DNA of 64,000 nt from Thiobacillus sp. (GTDB taxonomy: Bacteria; Pseudomonadota; Gammaproteobacteria; Burkholderiales; Thiobacillaceae), in contig JAWOJD010000083.1 in NCBI GenBank assembly GCA_046484355.1, positions 8,672 through 72,671 on the forward strand, read 5' to 3'. The translations under genes and the position numbers were made by a program. A model generated the notes under the pieces. The model did not search any database, had not been told where the DNA came from, and saw nothing but the letters and a program-made list of their open reading frames with translations. The number at the start of each line of letters is the position of its first letter. The stretch's first letter is position 1. Below are positions 19,353-31,249 of this stretch, piece after piece.

Positions 19353-20159
19353 ATGCATCCCATGCTCAATACGGCGGTGAAAGCCGCTCGCAAAGCCGGG
19401 GCGATCATCAATCGCGCCTCGCTCGATCTCGACCAGCTCACCGTGCGGAGCAAACAGGATCGCGATTATGTGAGCGAAGTCGATCAAATGGCCGAACGCG
19501 CCATCATCGAAACCCTGCTCGACGCCTATCCAAACCATGGGATTTTAGCAGAGGAGTCCGGCACGGCTGCCGCCAAAAACGGCGAAGATTACCAATGGAT
19601 CATCGATCCGCTCGACGGCACCACCAACTTTCTGCACGGCCTGCAGCAGTATTCGGTTTCGATTGCGCTCAGGCAAAAAGGCCAGATCACCCAGGCAGTG
19701 GTCTACGACCCCGCGCGCAATGAGCTGTTCACCGCCACCCGCGGACGCGGCGCCATGCTCAACGACCGCCGCATCCGCGCCAGCAAGCGCAGCAAGCTCG
19801 CCGACTGCCTGATTGGCACGGGCTTCCCCTACACCGATTTCAGCTACGCCGAGTCGTATATCAACATGTTCCGCGACATGATGCGTGCCACTTCAGGCCT
19901 GCGCCGCCCCGGTTCAGCCGCGCTCGACCTGTCCTACGTCGCCTGCGGCCGCTACGACGGTTTCTGGGAAATGAACCTGAAGCCTTGGGATCTCGCAGCC
20001 GGCAGCCTGATTGCACAGGAATCTGGTGCGCTGGTCGGCAACTTCAAGGGTGACGAAGGCTTCTTGGAATCCGGCAACATCGTCGCCGCCAGCCCGAAAA
20101 TCTTCGCGCAGATGCTGAAAATCCTCGCCCCGCACCTGCCGCCCGAACTGAAAGCGTAA
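19353..20159 (+). CDS. suhB: Inositol monophosphatase family protein SuhB
   Basis: 268 aa with [12 protein letters not shown] and the metal-site EE motif. Divergent from trmJ. Confidence 0.9.
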   Translation: MHPMLNTAVKAARKAGAIINRASLDLDQLTVRSKQDRDYVSEVDQMAERAIIETLLDAYPNHGILAEESGTAAAKNGEDYQWIIDPLDGTTNFLHGLQQYSVSIALRQKGQITQAVVYDPARNELFTATRGRGAMLNDRRIRASKRSKLADCLIGTGFPYTDFSYAESYINMFRDMMRATSGLRRPGSAALDLSYVACGRYDGFWEMNLKPWDLAAGSLIAQESGALVGNFKGDEGFLESGNIVAASPKIFAQMLKILAPHLPPELKA

Positions 20160-20178
20160 GCATCCCACCCGCCCGTCC

Positions 20179-22749
20179 ATGCCCGCCGCCAAGGAGTCCT
20201 CTGCCCACACGCCGATGATGCAGCAGTACCTGGGCATCAAGGCGCAGCATCCCGACATGCTGCTGTTTTATCGCATGGGCGACTTTTACGAGCTGTTTTT
20301 CGATGACGCGGAGAAGGCGGCGCGGCTGCTCAACATCACGCTCACCACCCGCGGCGCCTCGGCAGGCGAACCGATCAAGATGGCCGGGGTGCCGTATCAC
20401 AGCGCAGACCAGTATCTGGCACGCCTGCTGAAACTGGGGGAGTCGGTGGTGATCGCCGAACAGGTGGGCGACCCTGCGACCAGCAAGGGGCCGGTCGACC
20501 GCCAGGTGGCGCGCATCGTCACGCCCGGCACGCTGACCGATTCGGGCTTGCTGGACGATACCCGCGACACGCTGATTCTGGCGGTCGCTCCTGATCAGGG
20601 CCAAAGGGCATCGGCGGCTGAAACTGTCGGCGTGGCCTGGCTGAACCTTGCCGCCGGACGCTTCCAGGTTGCCCAGGTCGAGGCTGCCGCCCTGCCCGCT
20701 TTGCTGGCGCGGGTGCGGCCTGCGGAAATCCTGGTGCCGGAAGACTTTGCCCTGTCGGGTGCAAGCTGCGCGGTGCGCCGCCTGGCGCCGTGGCAGTTCG
20801 ATGCGGACGGCGCGCAAACCCGGCTGGCCCAGCAATTCGGCAGCCGCGATCTGACAGGCTTTGGCGTGGCCGACCTGCCGCTTGCCATTGCCGCGGCAGG
20901 CGCCCTGCTCGACTATATCCAGACCACGCAGCGCACGGCCTTGCCGCATCTCCAGTCCATCCAGGCCGAACGCGACAGTGATTTTGTGCAGCTCGATGCC
21001 GCCACCCGCCGCAATCTGGAACTGACCGAAACCCTGCGCGGCGAGTCGTCGCCTACCTTGCTGTCGGTGCTTAACACCACCGCCACCGGCATGGGCACGC
21101 GCCTGCTGCGCCACTGGCTGCACCATCCGTTGCGGGACCGCGGCGTCCTGGCCAATCGACGCGACGCCATCGGCGTGCTGGCCGAAGCGCCCGGCTCGGT
21201 GGCTGCCCTCGCCCAGCACCTGAAAAGCTGTGCCGATGTCGAGCGGATTAGCGGCCGCATCGCACTCAAGAACGCGCGCCCGCGCGATCTGTCAGGGCTG
21301 CGCGACACCCTGGCGCTGCTGCCTGATCTTGCCGCTGCGCTGCCCGACGATGGCGCGCGCCTGTCGGCCCTGCAACACGCGCTGGCCGCCCGCCCCGACC
21401 TGCATGATCGGCTGGCGCAAGCCGTTCAGCCTGAACCCGCCAGCGTGCTGCGCGAGGGCGGTGTGATTGCCGATGGGTATGACCCCGACCTTGACGAACT
21501 GCGTGCGCTGACGCGTGACGCCGGAGCCTTCCTGCTGGAACTGGAGGCTCGGGAGCGCTCGCGCTCGGGAATTGCCACGCTGAAAGTCGAATACAACAAG
21601 GTGCATGGTTTTTATATCGAGGTCAGCCGGGCCCAGGCGGACAAGGTTCCGGACGATTACCGCCGCCGCCAGACGCTGAAAAACGTCGAGCGCTACATCA
21701 CGCCGGAATTGAAAGCCTTTGAAGACAAGGCCCTGTCGGCGCAGGAGCGTGCGCTGGCGCGCGAGAAAGCGCTGTTCGAAGCCCTGCTCGAATCACTGAC
21801 GCCGCAGGTCCCGGCCCTGCTGGAACTGGCGGCCGCGCTGGCCGAAACCGATGTGCTGGCGAGCCAGGCCGAGCGCGCCAATACGCTTCGGCTGTGCATG
21901 CCCGAATACAGCAATGAACCGGGAATTGTCATCCGCGAGGGCCGCCACCCGGTGGTCGAAGCCCAGACCGCGCATTTCATCGCCAACGACGTGAAGCTGA
22001 GCCGCACACGGCAGATGCTGCTGATTACCGGCCCCAACATGGGCGGCAAATCGACCTATATGCGGCAGGTGGCGCTGATCACGCTGCTGGCGTGTTGCGG
22101 GCTGTGGGTGCCTGCCTCTGCTGCCAGGATTGGCGAAATCGACCAGATTTTCACCCGCATCGGCGCCTCCGACGATCTGGCGGGAGGGCGCTCGACCTTC
22201 ATGGTGGAAATGACCGAAACCGCGCACATCCTGCACAACGCCAGCGCGCAGAGTCTGGTATTGCTGGACGAAATCGGCCGCGGCACCTCGACCTTCGACG
22301 GCCTCGCGCTGGCCTGGGCGGTGGCGCGCCACCTGCTCACCGCCACTCGCGCGTTCACGCTCTTCGCCACCCACTATTTCGAACTGACCCAACTGGCGCA
22401 GGAATTCCGCCAACTGGCCAACGTCCACCTCGACGCCAAGGAACATGGCGCCAACCTCGTCTTCCTGCATGCCGTGGAAGAAGGCCCTGCCTCGCAAAGC
22501 TACGGCATTCAGGTCGCGCGCCTGGCCGGCGTGCCCGCCCCGGTCATTCTCGCCGCGCGCCGCCACCTGCGCGAACTGGAAGAGTCGCAAATGCCATCCG
22601 GGCCGCAGGGCGACCTGTTCGCCGCCCATCTGCCCAAGGATGCCCCCCCGCCGCACCCCGCGCTCGACCAGTTGCGCGAACTCGATCCAGACGCGCTGAC
22701 GCCGAAAGCCGCGCTGGACATGCTGTATGCGCTGAAAGCGCATTTATGA
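20179..22749 (+). CDS. mutS: DNA mismatch repair protein MutS
   Basis: 856 aa with TPMMQQYL, Walker [10 protein letters not shown] and [12 protein letters not shown]. Confidence 0.97.
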   Translation: MPAAKESSAHTPMMQQYLGIKAQHPDMLLFYRMGDFYELFFDDAEKAARLLNITLTTRGASAGEPIKMAGVPYHSADQYLARLLKLGESVVIAEQVGDPATSKGPVDRQVARIVTPGTLTDSGLLDDTRDTLILAVAPDQGQRASAAETVGVAWLNLAAGRFQVAQVEAAALPALLARVRPAEILVPEDFALSGASCAVRRLAPWQFDADGAQTRLAQQFGSRDLTGFGVADLPLAIAAAGALLDYIQTTQRTALPHLQSIQAERDSDFVQLDAATRRNLELTETLRGESSPTLLSVLNTTATGMGTRLLRHWLHHPLRDRGVLANRRDAIGVLAEAPGSVAALAQHLKSCADVERISGRIALKNARPRDLSGLRDTLALLPDLAAALPDDGARLSALQHALAARPDLHDRLAQAVQPEPASVLREGGVIADGYDPDLDELRALTRDAGAFLLELEARERSRSGIATLKVEYNKVHGFYIEVSRAQADKVPDDYRRRQTLKNVERYITPELKAFEDKALSAQERALAREKALFEALLESLTPQVPALLELAAALAETDVLASQAERANTLRLCMPEYSNEPGIVIREGRHPVVEAQTAHFIANDVKLSRTRQMLLITGPNMGGKSTYMRQVALITLLACCGLWVPASAARIGEIDQIFTRIGASDDLAGGRSTFMVEMTETAHILHNASAQSLVLLDEIGRGTSTFDGLALAWAVARHLLTATRAFTLFATHYFELTQLAQEFRQLANVHLDAKEHGANLVFLHAVEEGPASQSYGIQVARLAGVPAPVILAARRHLRELEESQMPSGPQGDLFAAHLPKDAPPPHPALDQLRELDPDALTPKAALDMLYALKAHL

Positions 22750-22786
22750 AACACGGCGCGTTGAAATCGCTGACGGACACCTCGCC

Positions 22787-23056
22787 ATGAAGACCCTTCG
22801 CCTCGACACCACCGAGCTCGACCTCGACTTCAACGCTGCGTTGAATCTGGCAAGCACCCTCGCCCGCCAACAGCTTGGGGACGACACCATGTTGCTGAGC
22901 TGGTATGACCGCGAACGCGATCTGGAGTCGCCCGCAGGCGTGAGCGAATGCCACGAAGGCTGCGCCACCAAGGGTTCGTGGGATTACGCGCTGAATCGTG
23001 GCGCGCGGCTGGTGGTGGAGTTCGACCGCGGACGCTTCGTGTTTTGTTTTTTGTAG
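22787..23056 (+). CDS. Small hypothetical protein
   Basis: 89 aa ORF downstream of mutS with no signal peptide and a CHEGC motif. Family not recognised with confidence. Confidence 0.4.
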   Translation: MKTLRLDTTELDLDFNAALNLASTLARQQLGDDTMLLSWYDRERDLESPAGVSECHEGCATKGSWDYALNRGARLVVEFDRGRFVFCFL

Positions 23057-23204
23057 GGGACCAGACGCGCCCGGTCAACCTCCTGCCTGCGGCGCAAGGG
23101 CTGCGCTGACCAAAAAATGCTGCGCCGAACGGGTCGCCAGCTTCAACCACCCATTCGGCGCATTGCACGCTTGGCCGATGTTCCTTGTCAGGCCGACCCA
23201 GCGC

Positions 23205-23474
23205 TTACTTCGCCTTTTCCCTGACGATGCTCGCGTCGACCGGGTTGATATAGAGATCGACGCGCTTGCCGTCCTTGCGATTGGCGTAAACCTCGTAGCA
23301 GGTGTCATCCCGCTTGATCCGCTGCACGGTGAAGCCGGCCTTCTCCAGTTGTGCCTGGGCCTGCTTCTCGGACAGCCACTTTTCCGCCGGCTTTTTGGTG
23401 CACTCGGTGGAAGCGAACACGGATACGGGCAAGAGGATGGCGGCGAGGGCCAGGGTGATTTTAGGTGCGTACAT
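23205..23474 (-). CDS. Secreted PepSY-domain protein
   Basis: 89 aa from ATG 23474 with an AGGAGA RBS. Signal peptide MYAPKITLALAAILLPVSVFA, then a PepSY_2-like core (GFTVQRIKRDDTCYEVYANRKDGKRVDLYINP). The track ORF start at 23531 is an over-extension. Confidence 0.65.
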   Translation of the reverse strand: MYAPKITLALAAILLPVSVFASTECTKKPAEKWLSEKQAQAQLEKAGFTVQRIKRDDTCYEVYANRKDGKRVDLYINPVDASIVREKAK

Positions 23475-23557
23475 ATCGATCTCCTTACAAGATGAGCAGC
23501 GCACCGAGCATCGGTTACGCTTGATATGCAACTTAGGCCACTATGCTTAAGGTCTCC

Positions 23558-23776
23558 TTAAGCCGCCACGACTGAAATAGTCTGCCCAAGACACTGTACC
23601 GTTTGACTCGCCCGGATTTTCGCAGTCTTGCGACTTTCGGGCTGGCCATCAACCGTGACCACACCGTTGGAAATCATCGCCTTGCCCTGCCCGCCGCTGC
23701 TGGCGATGCCGGTCAGTTTGAGCAGGTCGCAGAGCGCGACGTATTCGCCGGTCAATTTGAATTCGACGGTTTCCAT
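23558..23776 (-). CDS. S4-domain RNA-binding protein (YbcJ-like)
   Basis: 72 aa with LCDLLKLTGIASSGGQGKAMISNGVVTVDG, typical of YbcJ-type S4 proteins. Confidence 0.7.
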   Translation of the reverse strand: METVEFKLTGEYVALCDLLKLTGIASSGGQGKAMISNGVVTVDGQPESRKTAKIRASQTVQCLGQTISVVAA

Positions 23777-23857
23777 TTTCTTTCCGGGTTGGCCCTGCTG
23801 AACAGGACGTTCATCGCGCGCGCAGCGCCCGAGCCGTTCGGCTCGGGCGAGGCACGG

Positions 23858-25303
23858 TCAGAAAGAGGCGCCGATGGCCTGAACGCACACCGTCATCAGG
23901 GGCTGCGGCAGGATGCCGAGCGCAAGGACGGCGAGGCCGTTGGCCGACATGATGAATCGGGTGTCGGGGCTGGTGACGATCGGTGCTGCGTCGTTCGGGG
24001 TGTCGAAGTACATCAGCTTGACGATGCGAAGATAGTAGAACGCTCCGACCAAGGAGAACATGACCGCGGCAACGGCAAGCCAGACGTAGCCAATTTCCAC
24101 CACGGCCTGCAGCACCGATAGCTTGGCGTAGAAGCCGACCATCGGCGGCACCCCTGCCATGGAAAACATCAGCATCAGCATCAGGAACGCGAGCCAGGGG
24201 TTACGGCGGTTCAGCCCCTTGAAATCCTCCAGTTTGTCGGCTTCGAAGCCGGCGCGCGACAGCAGAAGAATCATGCCGAAGCCGCCCAGGCTCATCAGCG
24301 TATACACCAGCACGTAGAACATGGCGCTACCGTAGCCGTTTTCCGTTCCTGCCAGGATGCCCAGCAGCATGAAGCCCATGTGCGAGATGGTCGAATACGC
24401 GAACATGCGTTTCAGATTGGTCTGGGCGATGGCCGCGAAGTTGCCGATGGCCATCGACAGCACGGCCAGGATGACCAGCATGTCGCGCCACTCGGCCACC
24501 TGGGATTCCAGCCCCTGCCCGAGGATGCGCACAACAAAGGCGAAGGCTGCGATCTTGGGTGCGCTGCCGATGAACAGCGTCATCGCTGTCGGCGCCCCAT
24601 GGTAGACGTCGGGTACCCACATGTGGAACGGCACCGCACCAAGCTTGAAGCCCAATCCGGCCACGATGAAGACGATGCCGAAGACCAGCGGGATCTGCAA
24701 TTCGGTGCCGTATTGCAGGGCAATGGCAATATTGCCGAGCGACAGGGAGCCGGTCACGCCGTATACCATCGACATGCCGTAAAGCAGCATGCCCGATGCC
24801 AGCGCACCCAGAACGAAATACTTCATCGCGGCTTCGGTCGCCACCGGGGAATCACGCTGCAGCGCAACCATGGCGTAGAGCGACAGCGAAAGCAGTTCGA
24901 GGCCCAGGTAGAGGGTGAGGAAATGGGTGGACGACACCATCACCATCATGCCCAGCAGCGCAAACAGCGACAGCACGAAGAACTCACCCTTGTAGAGCCC
25001 CCGCTCGCGCAGGTAATCGCGCGAATACACCAGTACGACTGCAACGGTCAGGTACAGGAACAGCTTCAGCACGTCCGACAGCGGATCGTCCACGACCAGC
25101 CCGCCCAGCGCCAGCACCGGCATGGTGGAAAAATCGCGCACGGTCAGGAATGCCGCGCCCGCCAGGGTGGCCAACGACAGGATGTAGGCCAGATAGCGCT
25201 TGCTGTCATCGACAGCTGCGTCGATGATCAGAATCAGCGAGACCATGACCAGGACAAAAATCTCTGGCAGCACGGGCGCGAATTGCATCAGGGAGTCGCT
25301 CAT
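23858..25303 (-). CDS. nuoN: NADH-quinone oxidoreductase subunit N
   Basis: 481 aa polytopic antiporter-like subunit, last gene of nuoA-N. Confidence 0.93.
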   Translation of the reverse strand: MSDSLMQFAPVLPEIFVLVMVSLILIIDAAVDDSKRYLAYILSLATLAGAAFLTVRDFSTMPVLALGGLVVDDPLSDVLKLFLYLTVAVVLVYSRDYLRERGLYKGEFFVLSLFALLGMMVMVSSTHFLTLYLGLELLSLSLYAMVALQRDSPVATEAAMKYFVLGALASGMLLYGMSMVYGVTGSLSLGNIAIALQYGTELQIPLVFGIVFIVAGLGFKLGAVPFHMWVPDVYHGAPTAMTLFIGSAPKIAAFAFVVRILGQGLESQVAEWRDMLVILAVLSMAIGNFAAIAQTNLKRMFAYSTISHMGFMLLGILAGTENGYGSAMFYVLVYTLMSLGGFGMILLLSRAGFEADKLEDFKGLNRRNPWLAFLMLMLMFSMAGVPPMVGFYAKLSVLQAVVEIGYVWLAVAAVMFSLVGAFYYLRIVKLMYFDTPNDAAPIVTSPDTRFIMSANGLAVLALGILPQPLMTVCVQAIGASF

Positions 25304-25312
25304 CTTTGAACC

Positions 25313-26806
25313 TTAAGGCAGTTTGCTTTGGGCGACATGCGCCAACAGGTCGACCACGGACACATGCATCACATCCGTGAACGGCTTGGGATACAGGCCC
25401 ATACCGAGCACGCAGACAGCGAGCACGCCCAACAGCAGGATTTCACGCGCGTTGACGTCCTTCATTTCATCGACGTGCGGGTTGGTGACGTTGCCGAACA
25501 CCACGCGCTTGTACATCCACAAGGTATACGCCGCGCCGAGGATCAGGGTGGTGGCTGCGACGAAGGCAAACCAGAAGTTCACCTGGGTGGCGGCCATGAT
25601 CACCATGAATTCACCCACAAAGCCGCTGGTGGCCGGCAACCCGGCGTTCGCCATGGCGAACAGCATGAAAAACGCGGCGAACACCGGCATCCTGTTGACC
25701 AGGCCGCCGTAATCCTTGATCTGGCGCGAATGAATGCGGTCGTACATGACGCCGATGCACAAGAACAGCGCAGCGGAAACGAAGCCGTGCGAAATCATCT
25801 GCACCAATCCGCCTTCGACGCCCAACTCATTGAACATGAAGAAGCCGAGCGTGACGAACCCCATGTGGGCAATCGACGAATAGGCGATGAGCTTTTTCAT
25901 GTCGGCCTGAACCAGCGCGACCAGTCCGATGTACGCGACGGCGATCAGCGACAACAGGATGACGAACCAGGCCAGTTCCGCGCTGGCATCCGGCAGGATC
26001 GGCAGGATAAAGCGCAGGAAGCCGTACGCGCCGACTTTCAGGGTGATGGCTGCCAGCACCACCGAGCCGCCGGTGGGCGCTTCGACGTGGGCATCGGGCA
26101 ACCAGGTATGCACCGGCCACATCGGCACCTTGACCCCAAACGCCAGCAGGAAGGCGAAGAACATCAGGGTCTGCGCCGTCATGCCGAGCGTGGTGGCATG
26201 CCAGGTCTGGATGTCGAAGCTGCCGCCGGACTGGAAGTAGAGATAAATCATCGACACCAGCATCAGCAGCGAGCCGAGCAGCGTATAGAGGAAGAACTTG
26301 AACGCGGCATACACGCGATTCGGTCCGCCCCACACGCCGACGATCAGGTACAGCGGAATCAGCATGCCTTCGAAGAAGACATAGAACAGGATGCCGTCGA
26401 GCGAAGCGAACACGCCGTTGATTAGGCCGGACATGATCAGGAAAGCCGCCATGTACTGCGCAACTTTATCCTGGATCACCTGCCAGCCAGCAATCACCAC
26501 CAGCACGGTGATGAAGCTGTTCAACAGGATCAGCGGCATCGAAATGCCATCGACGCCGAGGTGGTAATGGACGTTGAAAGCCGGCAACCACGCTGCCTTT
26601 TCGACGAACTGCATTGCAGACGTCGTGGTGTCGAAGCCGGTGGCGAGCGGAATCGCCACGATCAGCCCCAACAATGCACCAGCAAGCGCCACCCAGCGAG
26701 CCAGCGCCGCGTTGCGGTCGGAACCGGTGGCCAGCACCAGGGCCCCGGCCAGAATCGGGACCCAGATGACGAGAGAGAGAATCGACTGTCCGAACATGGG
26801 CATCAT
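25313..26806 (-). CDS. nuoM: NADH-quinone oxidoreductase subunit M
   Basis: 497 aa antiporter-like subunit (WLPDAHVEAPTGGSV). Confidence 0.95.
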   Translation of the reverse strand: MMPMFGQSILSLVIWVPILAGALVLATGSDRNAALARWVALAGALLGLIVAIPLATGFDTTTSAMQFVEKAAWLPAFNVHYHLGVDGISMPLILLNSFITVLVVIAGWQVIQDKVAQYMAAFLIMSGLINGVFASLDGILFYVFFEGMLIPLYLIVGVWGGPNRVYAAFKFFLYTLLGSLLMLVSMIYLYFQSGGSFDIQTWHATTLGMTAQTLMFFAFLLAFGVKVPMWPVHTWLPDAHVEAPTGGSVVLAAITLKVGAYGFLRFILPILPDASAELAWFVILLSLIAVAYIGLVALVQADMKKLIAYSSIAHMGFVTLGFFMFNELGVEGGLVQMISHGFVSAALFLCIGVMYDRIHSRQIKDYGGLVNRMPVFAAFFMLFAMANAGLPATSGFVGEFMVIMAATQVNFWFAFVAATTLILGAAYTLWMYKRVVFGNVTNPHVDEMKDVNAREILLLGVLAVCVLGMGLYPKPFTDVMHVSVVDLLAHVAQSKLP

Positions 26807-28795
26807 TTAGAAGGGGCGAGTAAACCACGTTACCAGGGCAAACACCCCGATCAGCATGGCAAAAGCGTAGTGGTAGATGTAGCCCGACTGGAAGGCGCGC
26901 ACGAGTCTGGACAGGCGCTCAACCAGATGCGCGGAACCGTTGACGATGAGGCCGTCGATAACGTTCTGATCGCCGTGCCGCCACAAGGTCCCGCCAAGCG
27001 CGCGGGCGCCCTTGGCAAACACCCAGCTGTACAGTTCGTCGAACCAGTACTTGTTGATCAGCATGCTGTACAGGAAGCTAAACCGCTTCTGAAGCGCAGC
27101 GGGGATGTCCGGGCGCTTGAGGTAAAAGAAGGCGGACAGTCCGACCCCGGCTGCAGCCAGCCAGAAAGGCAGCGTCGCCACGGCATGCAGGGCATAGGCG
27201 GCCGCACCGTGGAAATGCTGGTTAAGCTGGGTCATGACCGGATGGTTGTCTGCGACGTAGATGGCTGTACCAAAGAAGTCGCCATACAGCATGGGCTCGA
27301 TGGTCATGTAGCCAATGGCAAGCGACGGCAACGCCAGCGCCAGCAACGGTCCGGTAATCACCCAGGGTGTCTCGTGAGGCGTCCCGCCGCCATGATGGGC
27401 GTGGTCATCGTCATGGCCATGGTGCGCATTGTGGAAACGCTCCTTGCCGTGGAAGACGAGGAAATACATGCGGAAGGAATAGAAGGCCGTGACAAACACG
27501 CCAATCAATACCGCCCAGTAGGCCAGGTCGGCCATGGGCAGATTCGACAACTTGACGGCCTCGATGATGGTTTCCTTGGAATAGAAGCCTGACAGGAAAG
27601 GGGTGCCGATCAGCGCCAGCGAACCGATCAACGAAGTGATCCAGGTGATCGGCATGTATTTCTTGAGGCCACCCATGTAGCGGATGTCCTGGTTGTGGTG
27701 CACGGCGATGATGACCGAGCCTGCCGCGAGGAACAGCAGCGCCTTGAAGAAGGCATGCGTCATCAGGTGGAAGATCGCGACCGAATAGGCCGAGGCGCCG
27801 AGCGCGACGGTCATGTAGCCCAACTGGGACAGCGTCGAATAGGCCACCACGCGTTTGATGTCGTTCTGCACGATGCCGAGCAAGCCCATGAACAGCGCGG
27901 TGATGGCGCCGATGACCATGATGAAGCTCAACGCCACGTCGGACAGTTCATACAGCGGGGACATGCGCGCGACCATGAAGATGCCGGCGGTCACCATCGT
28001 CGCGGCGTGGATCAGCGCGGAAATCGGCGTCGGGCCTTCCATCGAATCGGGCAGCCAGACGTGCAGCGGGAACTGCGCCGATTTACCCATCGCGCCAATA
28101 AACAGCAGGATGCCGATGACGGTCATCAGCATCCACGGCGTGCCGGGCAACAAGGTAATGGTTTCGTTGGCAAGCGCGGGCGCGTTGGCGAACACAGTGG
28201 CGTAATCGAGCGTGCCGAAATACGCCAATACCAGCCCGATACCCAGAATAAAGCCGAAGTCGCCGACGCGGTTGACCAGGAAGGCCTTGAGGTTGGCGTA
28301 AATCGCGGTTTCCTTGTTGTACCAGAAGCCGATCAGCAGATAGGAAACCAGGCCCACCGCTTCCCAGCCGAAGAACAACTGCAGGAAGTTGTTGCTCATC
28401 ACCAGCATCAACATCGAGAAGGTGAACAGCGAGATATAGCTGAAAAAGCGCTGATACCCGGGGTCGTCCTGCATGTAGCCGATGGTGTAGATATGCACCA
28501 TCAACGACACGAAGGTGACGACCAGCATCATCATGGTCGTCAGCGAATCGATCAGGAAACCGACCTCGAAGCGCAAATCACCCAGCACCATCCAAGTGTA
28601 GACCGTGCCGTTCCAGGTGTTACCCGCGAGCACATCCTGAAAAATCAGGAATGAGGCAACGAAAGCTATCGCCACCCCGGCGATTGTGACGGTGTGAGAC
28701 AGCGTACGGCCGATCACGCGCCCGAACAGACCGGCAATCACTGCGCCCAGCAGGGGCGCCAGTGGCACAATCAGATAAAGAGTTTGCATGTCCAT
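26807..28795 (-). CDS. nuoL: NADH-quinone oxidoreductase subunit L
   Basis: 662 aa antiporter-like subunit (WLPDSMEGPTPISALIHAATMV) with a C-terminal lateral-helix region. Confidence 0.95.
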   Translation of the reverse strand: MDMQTLYLIVPLAPLLGAVIAGLFGRVIGRTLSHTVTIAGVAIAFVASFLIFQDVLAGNTWNGTVYTWMVLGDLRFEVGFLIDSLTTMMMLVVTFVSLMVHIYTIGYMQDDPGYQRFFSYISLFTFSMLMLVMSNNFLQLFFGWEAVGLVSYLLIGFWYNKETAIYANLKAFLVNRVGDFGFILGIGLVLAYFGTLDYATVFANAPALANETITLLPGTPWMLMTVIGILLFIGAMGKSAQFPLHVWLPDSMEGPTPISALIHAATMVTAGIFMVARMSPLYELSDVALSFIMVIGAITALFMGLLGIVQNDIKRVVAYSTLSQLGYMTVALGASAYSVAIFHLMTHAFFKALLFLAAGSVIIAVHHNQDIRYMGGLKKYMPITWITSLIGSLALIGTPFLSGFYSKETIIEAVKLSNLPMADLAYWAVLIGVFVTAFYSFRMYFLVFHGKERFHNAHHGHDDDHAHHGGGTPHETPWVITGPLLALALPSLAIGYMTIEPMLYGDFFGTAIYVADNHPVMTQLNQHFHGAAAYALHAVATLPFWLAAAGVGLSAFFYLKRPDIPAALQKRFSFLYSMLINKYWFDELYSWVFAKGARALGGTLWRHGDQNVIDGLIVNGSAHLVERLSRLVRAFQSGYIYHYAFAMLIGVFALVTWFTRPF

Positions 28796-28798
28796 GCC

Positions 28799-29104
28799 TC
28801 AGCCTTTCAGGTGGTTGAGGTCATCAACATTGATGGTGCGCATGCTGCGGAACAGCACAACCAGGATCGCCAGGCCAATGGCCGACTCCGCAGCCGCAAC
28901 CGTGAGGATGAAGAACACGAAGACCTGCCCGTGAATGTCGCTCAGATAATGCGAAAACGCGATGAAGTTCATGTTGACAGCGAGCAGCATCAATTCGATT
29001 GCCATCAACAGGATGATGACGTTTTTCCTGTTGAGAAAGATGCCCAGCACAGCGATGGCGAACAGCACGCCACCCAGCACCAAATAATGCGATAAGGAAA
29101 TCAT
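28799..29104 (-). CDS. nuoK: NADH-quinone oxidoreductase subunit K
   Basis: 101 aa, three TM helices, [13 protein letters not shown] motif. Confidence 0.93.
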   Translation of the reverse strand: MISLSHYLVLGGVLFAIAVLGIFLNRKNVIILLMAIELMLLAVNMNFIAFSHYLSDIHGQVFVFFILTVAAAESAIGLAILVVLFRSMRTINVDDLNHLKG

Positions 29105-29727
29105 GCGCCCTTCTCCCCCGCTTCCTGTTTTTGCTCCGACTTCATTTTCACGATGCGCAGACGATCATTGCGCTTGACCTTCACCTGCTCGGCGGGGTCA
29201 ACGTATTTGCTGTCCTTGCGGCGGCGCAGGGTCAGCGCAATCGCAGCCACAATCGCCACCAGCAGAATCACCGCGGCCAGTTCGAACGCGTAGACATAAT
29301 CGGTATACAACAGTCGACCGAGTTCCTTGGTGTTGCTGTAACCCGCGGCAAGCGGTTCGGGTTTGCCCATGACGTCCAGCCCGAAGTGCTTGCTCCCCAG
29401 GATCAGCGCCATCTCAATCATCAGCAGCACCGAGACGAAGCCTGCAAGCGGCAGGTAATCCCAGAACCCCTCGCGCAACTTGTCCAGATTGATATCGAGC
29501 ATCATCACCACAAACAGGAACAGCACCATCACCGCCCCCACGTAAACCAGCACCAGCGTAATGGCGAGGAACTCGGCTTCCATCAGGATCCACAGGCCGG
29601 CCGCAGTGAAAAAGGCCAGCACCAGGAACAGGGCAGCATGCACCGGGTTGCGCGCAGTGATGACGCGCAGGCCGGCCAGCACCAGGATGGTGGCAAGAAA
29701 ATAGAAGATCGCGGTTGTGTAAGTCAT
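29101..29727 (-). CDS. nuoJ: NADH-quinone oxidoreductase subunit J
   Basis: 208 aa membrane subunit with an ATGA overlap with nuoK. Confidence 0.9.
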   Translation of the reverse strand: MTYTTAIFYFLATILVLAGLRVITARNPVHAALFLVLAFFTAAGLWILMEAEFLAITLVLVYVGAVMVLFLFVVMMLDINLDKLREGFWDYLPLAGFVSVLLMIEMALILGSKHFGLDVMGKPEPLAAGYSNTKELGRLLYTDYVYAFELAAVILLVAIVAAIALTLRRRKDSKYVDPAEQVKVKRNDRLRIVKMKSEQKQEAGEKGA

Positions 29728-29736
29728 GTCAATTCG

Positions 29737-30225
29737 TCAGCGGTACTTTGCGTCGGCAGCGCGGTCTTTCGCGATTTGCGCTTCATGCTGATCGCCAATG
29801 GCAAGCAGCATGGGCTTGGTGTAATACAGGTCGCCGCGTTTTTCCCCGTGGTATTCGAGGATGCGGGTTTCGACAATGGAGTCGACCGGACAGGACTCCT
29901 CGCAAAATCCGCAGAAAATGCACTTCGTGAGGTCGATGTCGTAGCGCGTGGTGCGACGGGTGCCGTCATCGCGCTTTTCCGATTCGATGGTGATGGCCAA
30001 TGCCGGACACACGGCTTCGCACAGTTTGCAGGCAATGCAGCGTTCCTCGCCATTCGGGTAGCGACGCAACGCGTGCAATCCTCTGAATCGCGGCGATTGC
30101 GGAGTCTTCTCTTCTGGATACTGCACCGTGATCTTGCGCGCAAACATATGACGCCCGGTCAGCATCATGCCGCGCAGAAGTTCGATCAGGAGCAGGCTGC
30201 CGAAGAAATTGGTTATCTTTTTCAT
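29737..30225 (-). CDS. nuoI: NADH-quinone oxidoreductase subunit I
   Basis: Two 4Fe-4S motifs ([24 protein letters not shown]). Start placed at MKKITNFF (30225), just after the nuoH stop. Confidence 0.93.
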   Translation of the reverse strand: MKKITNFFGSLLLIELLRGMMLTGRHMFARKITVQYPEEKTPQSPRFRGLHALRRYPNGEERCIACKLCEAVCPALAITIESEKRDDGTRRTTRYDIDLTKCIFCGFCEESCPVDSIVETRILEYHGEKRGDLYYTKPMLLAIGDQHEAQIAKDRAADAKYR

Positions 30226-30232
30226 GGCGCGC

Positions 30233-31249
30233 TCAATGGAAGAGATATCCATACGGCGTCTGCATCATACCGCCCACGACGACGATCCAGACGATGGTAA
30301 TGGGGATGAAGACTTTCCAGCCCAGACGCATGATCTGGTCGTAACGATAGCGCGGGAAAGTGGCGCGGAACCACAGGAACAGGAACAGCACGAATCCAGT
30401 CTTGAGCATCCACCAGATGATGCCATCCGGCAGGAAACTCACTGGCGACAGCCAGCCGCCGAGGAACATCAGCGTGGTCAGCGTGGCGACCAGGATCATG
30501 TTGGCATATTCAGCCAGGAAGAACACGGCAAAGGCCATGCCAGAATACTCAACGTGGAAGCCGGCGACAATTTCAGATTCACCTTCGGCGACGTCGAACG
30601 GAGAACGGTTGGTCTCGGCCACGCCCGCGATCAGATACACCATAAACAGCGGAAACAGCGGCCAGATGTACCACTGGTGGAGGCCCCCATCCTGCCCGCG
30701 CACGATATCAATCAGATTGAGCGACTGCGCTGCCATCAGCACGCCCACCAGCGCGAAACCCATGGCAATTTCATACGAAACGATCTGGGCCGCTGAACGC
30801 ATGGCGCCGAGAAAGGCGTACTTCGAGTTGGTCGCCCAGCCCGCAATGATGACGCCATACACCCCCATCGAGGTGATGGCCATCACATACAGCAGGCCGG
30901 CATTGATATTGGCCAGGACCAGCGTGTCGGTAAACGGAATCACGGCCCAGGCTGCCAGCGCAGGCGCAATCGCAAGAATCGGCCCCAGGATGAACAGCCC
31001 GCGGTTGGCACCGGCGGGGATGATGATTTCCTTCATCAGCAGCTTCAAGCCGTCTGCAATCGGCTGCAGCAGTCCCTGGAAACCCACGCGGTTGGGGCCG
31101 ATGCGAACCTGCATCCAGCCGATGATCTTGCGCTCGGCGTAGGTGAGGTAGGCCACACCCAGCATCAGCGGCGCGACCACCAGCATGATCTTGATCAGCG
31201 TCCAGACGACGGTTTGAATCGTGTCCCAGTCCATGCCCATACTCTCCAT
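30233..31249 (-). CDS. nuoH: NADH-quinone oxidoreductase subunit H
   Basis: Polytopic, with [19 protein letters not shown]. Start placed at 31249 (TGATG junction with the nuoG stop); 31240 or 31234 are also possible. Confidence 0.93.
   Translation of the reverse strand: MESMGMDWDTIQTVVWTLIKIMLVVAPLMLGVAYLTYAERKIIGWMQVRIGPNRVGFQGLLQPIADGLKLLMKEIIIPAGANRGLFILGPILAIAPALAAWAVIPFTDTLVLANINAGLLYVMAITSMGVYGVIIAGWATNSKYAFLGAMRSAAQIVSYEIAMGFALVGVLMAAQSLNLIDIVRGQDGGLHQWYIWPLFPLFMVYLIAGVAETNRSPFDVAEGESEIVAGFHVEYSGMAFAVFFLAEYANMILVATLTTLMFLGGWLSPVSFLPDGIIWWMLKTGFVLFLFLWFRATFPRYRYDQIMRLGWKVFIPITIVWIVVVGGMMQTPYGYLFH

Noticed and set aside
23827-23848. A GC-rich hairpin (GCCCGAGCC-gttc-GGCTCGGGC) just downstream of nuoN.
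   Set aside because: There is no T-tract on the nuo strand after the stem, so it cannot be called an intrinsic terminator from sequence alone. It may still be a Rho-dependent or stabilising structure.
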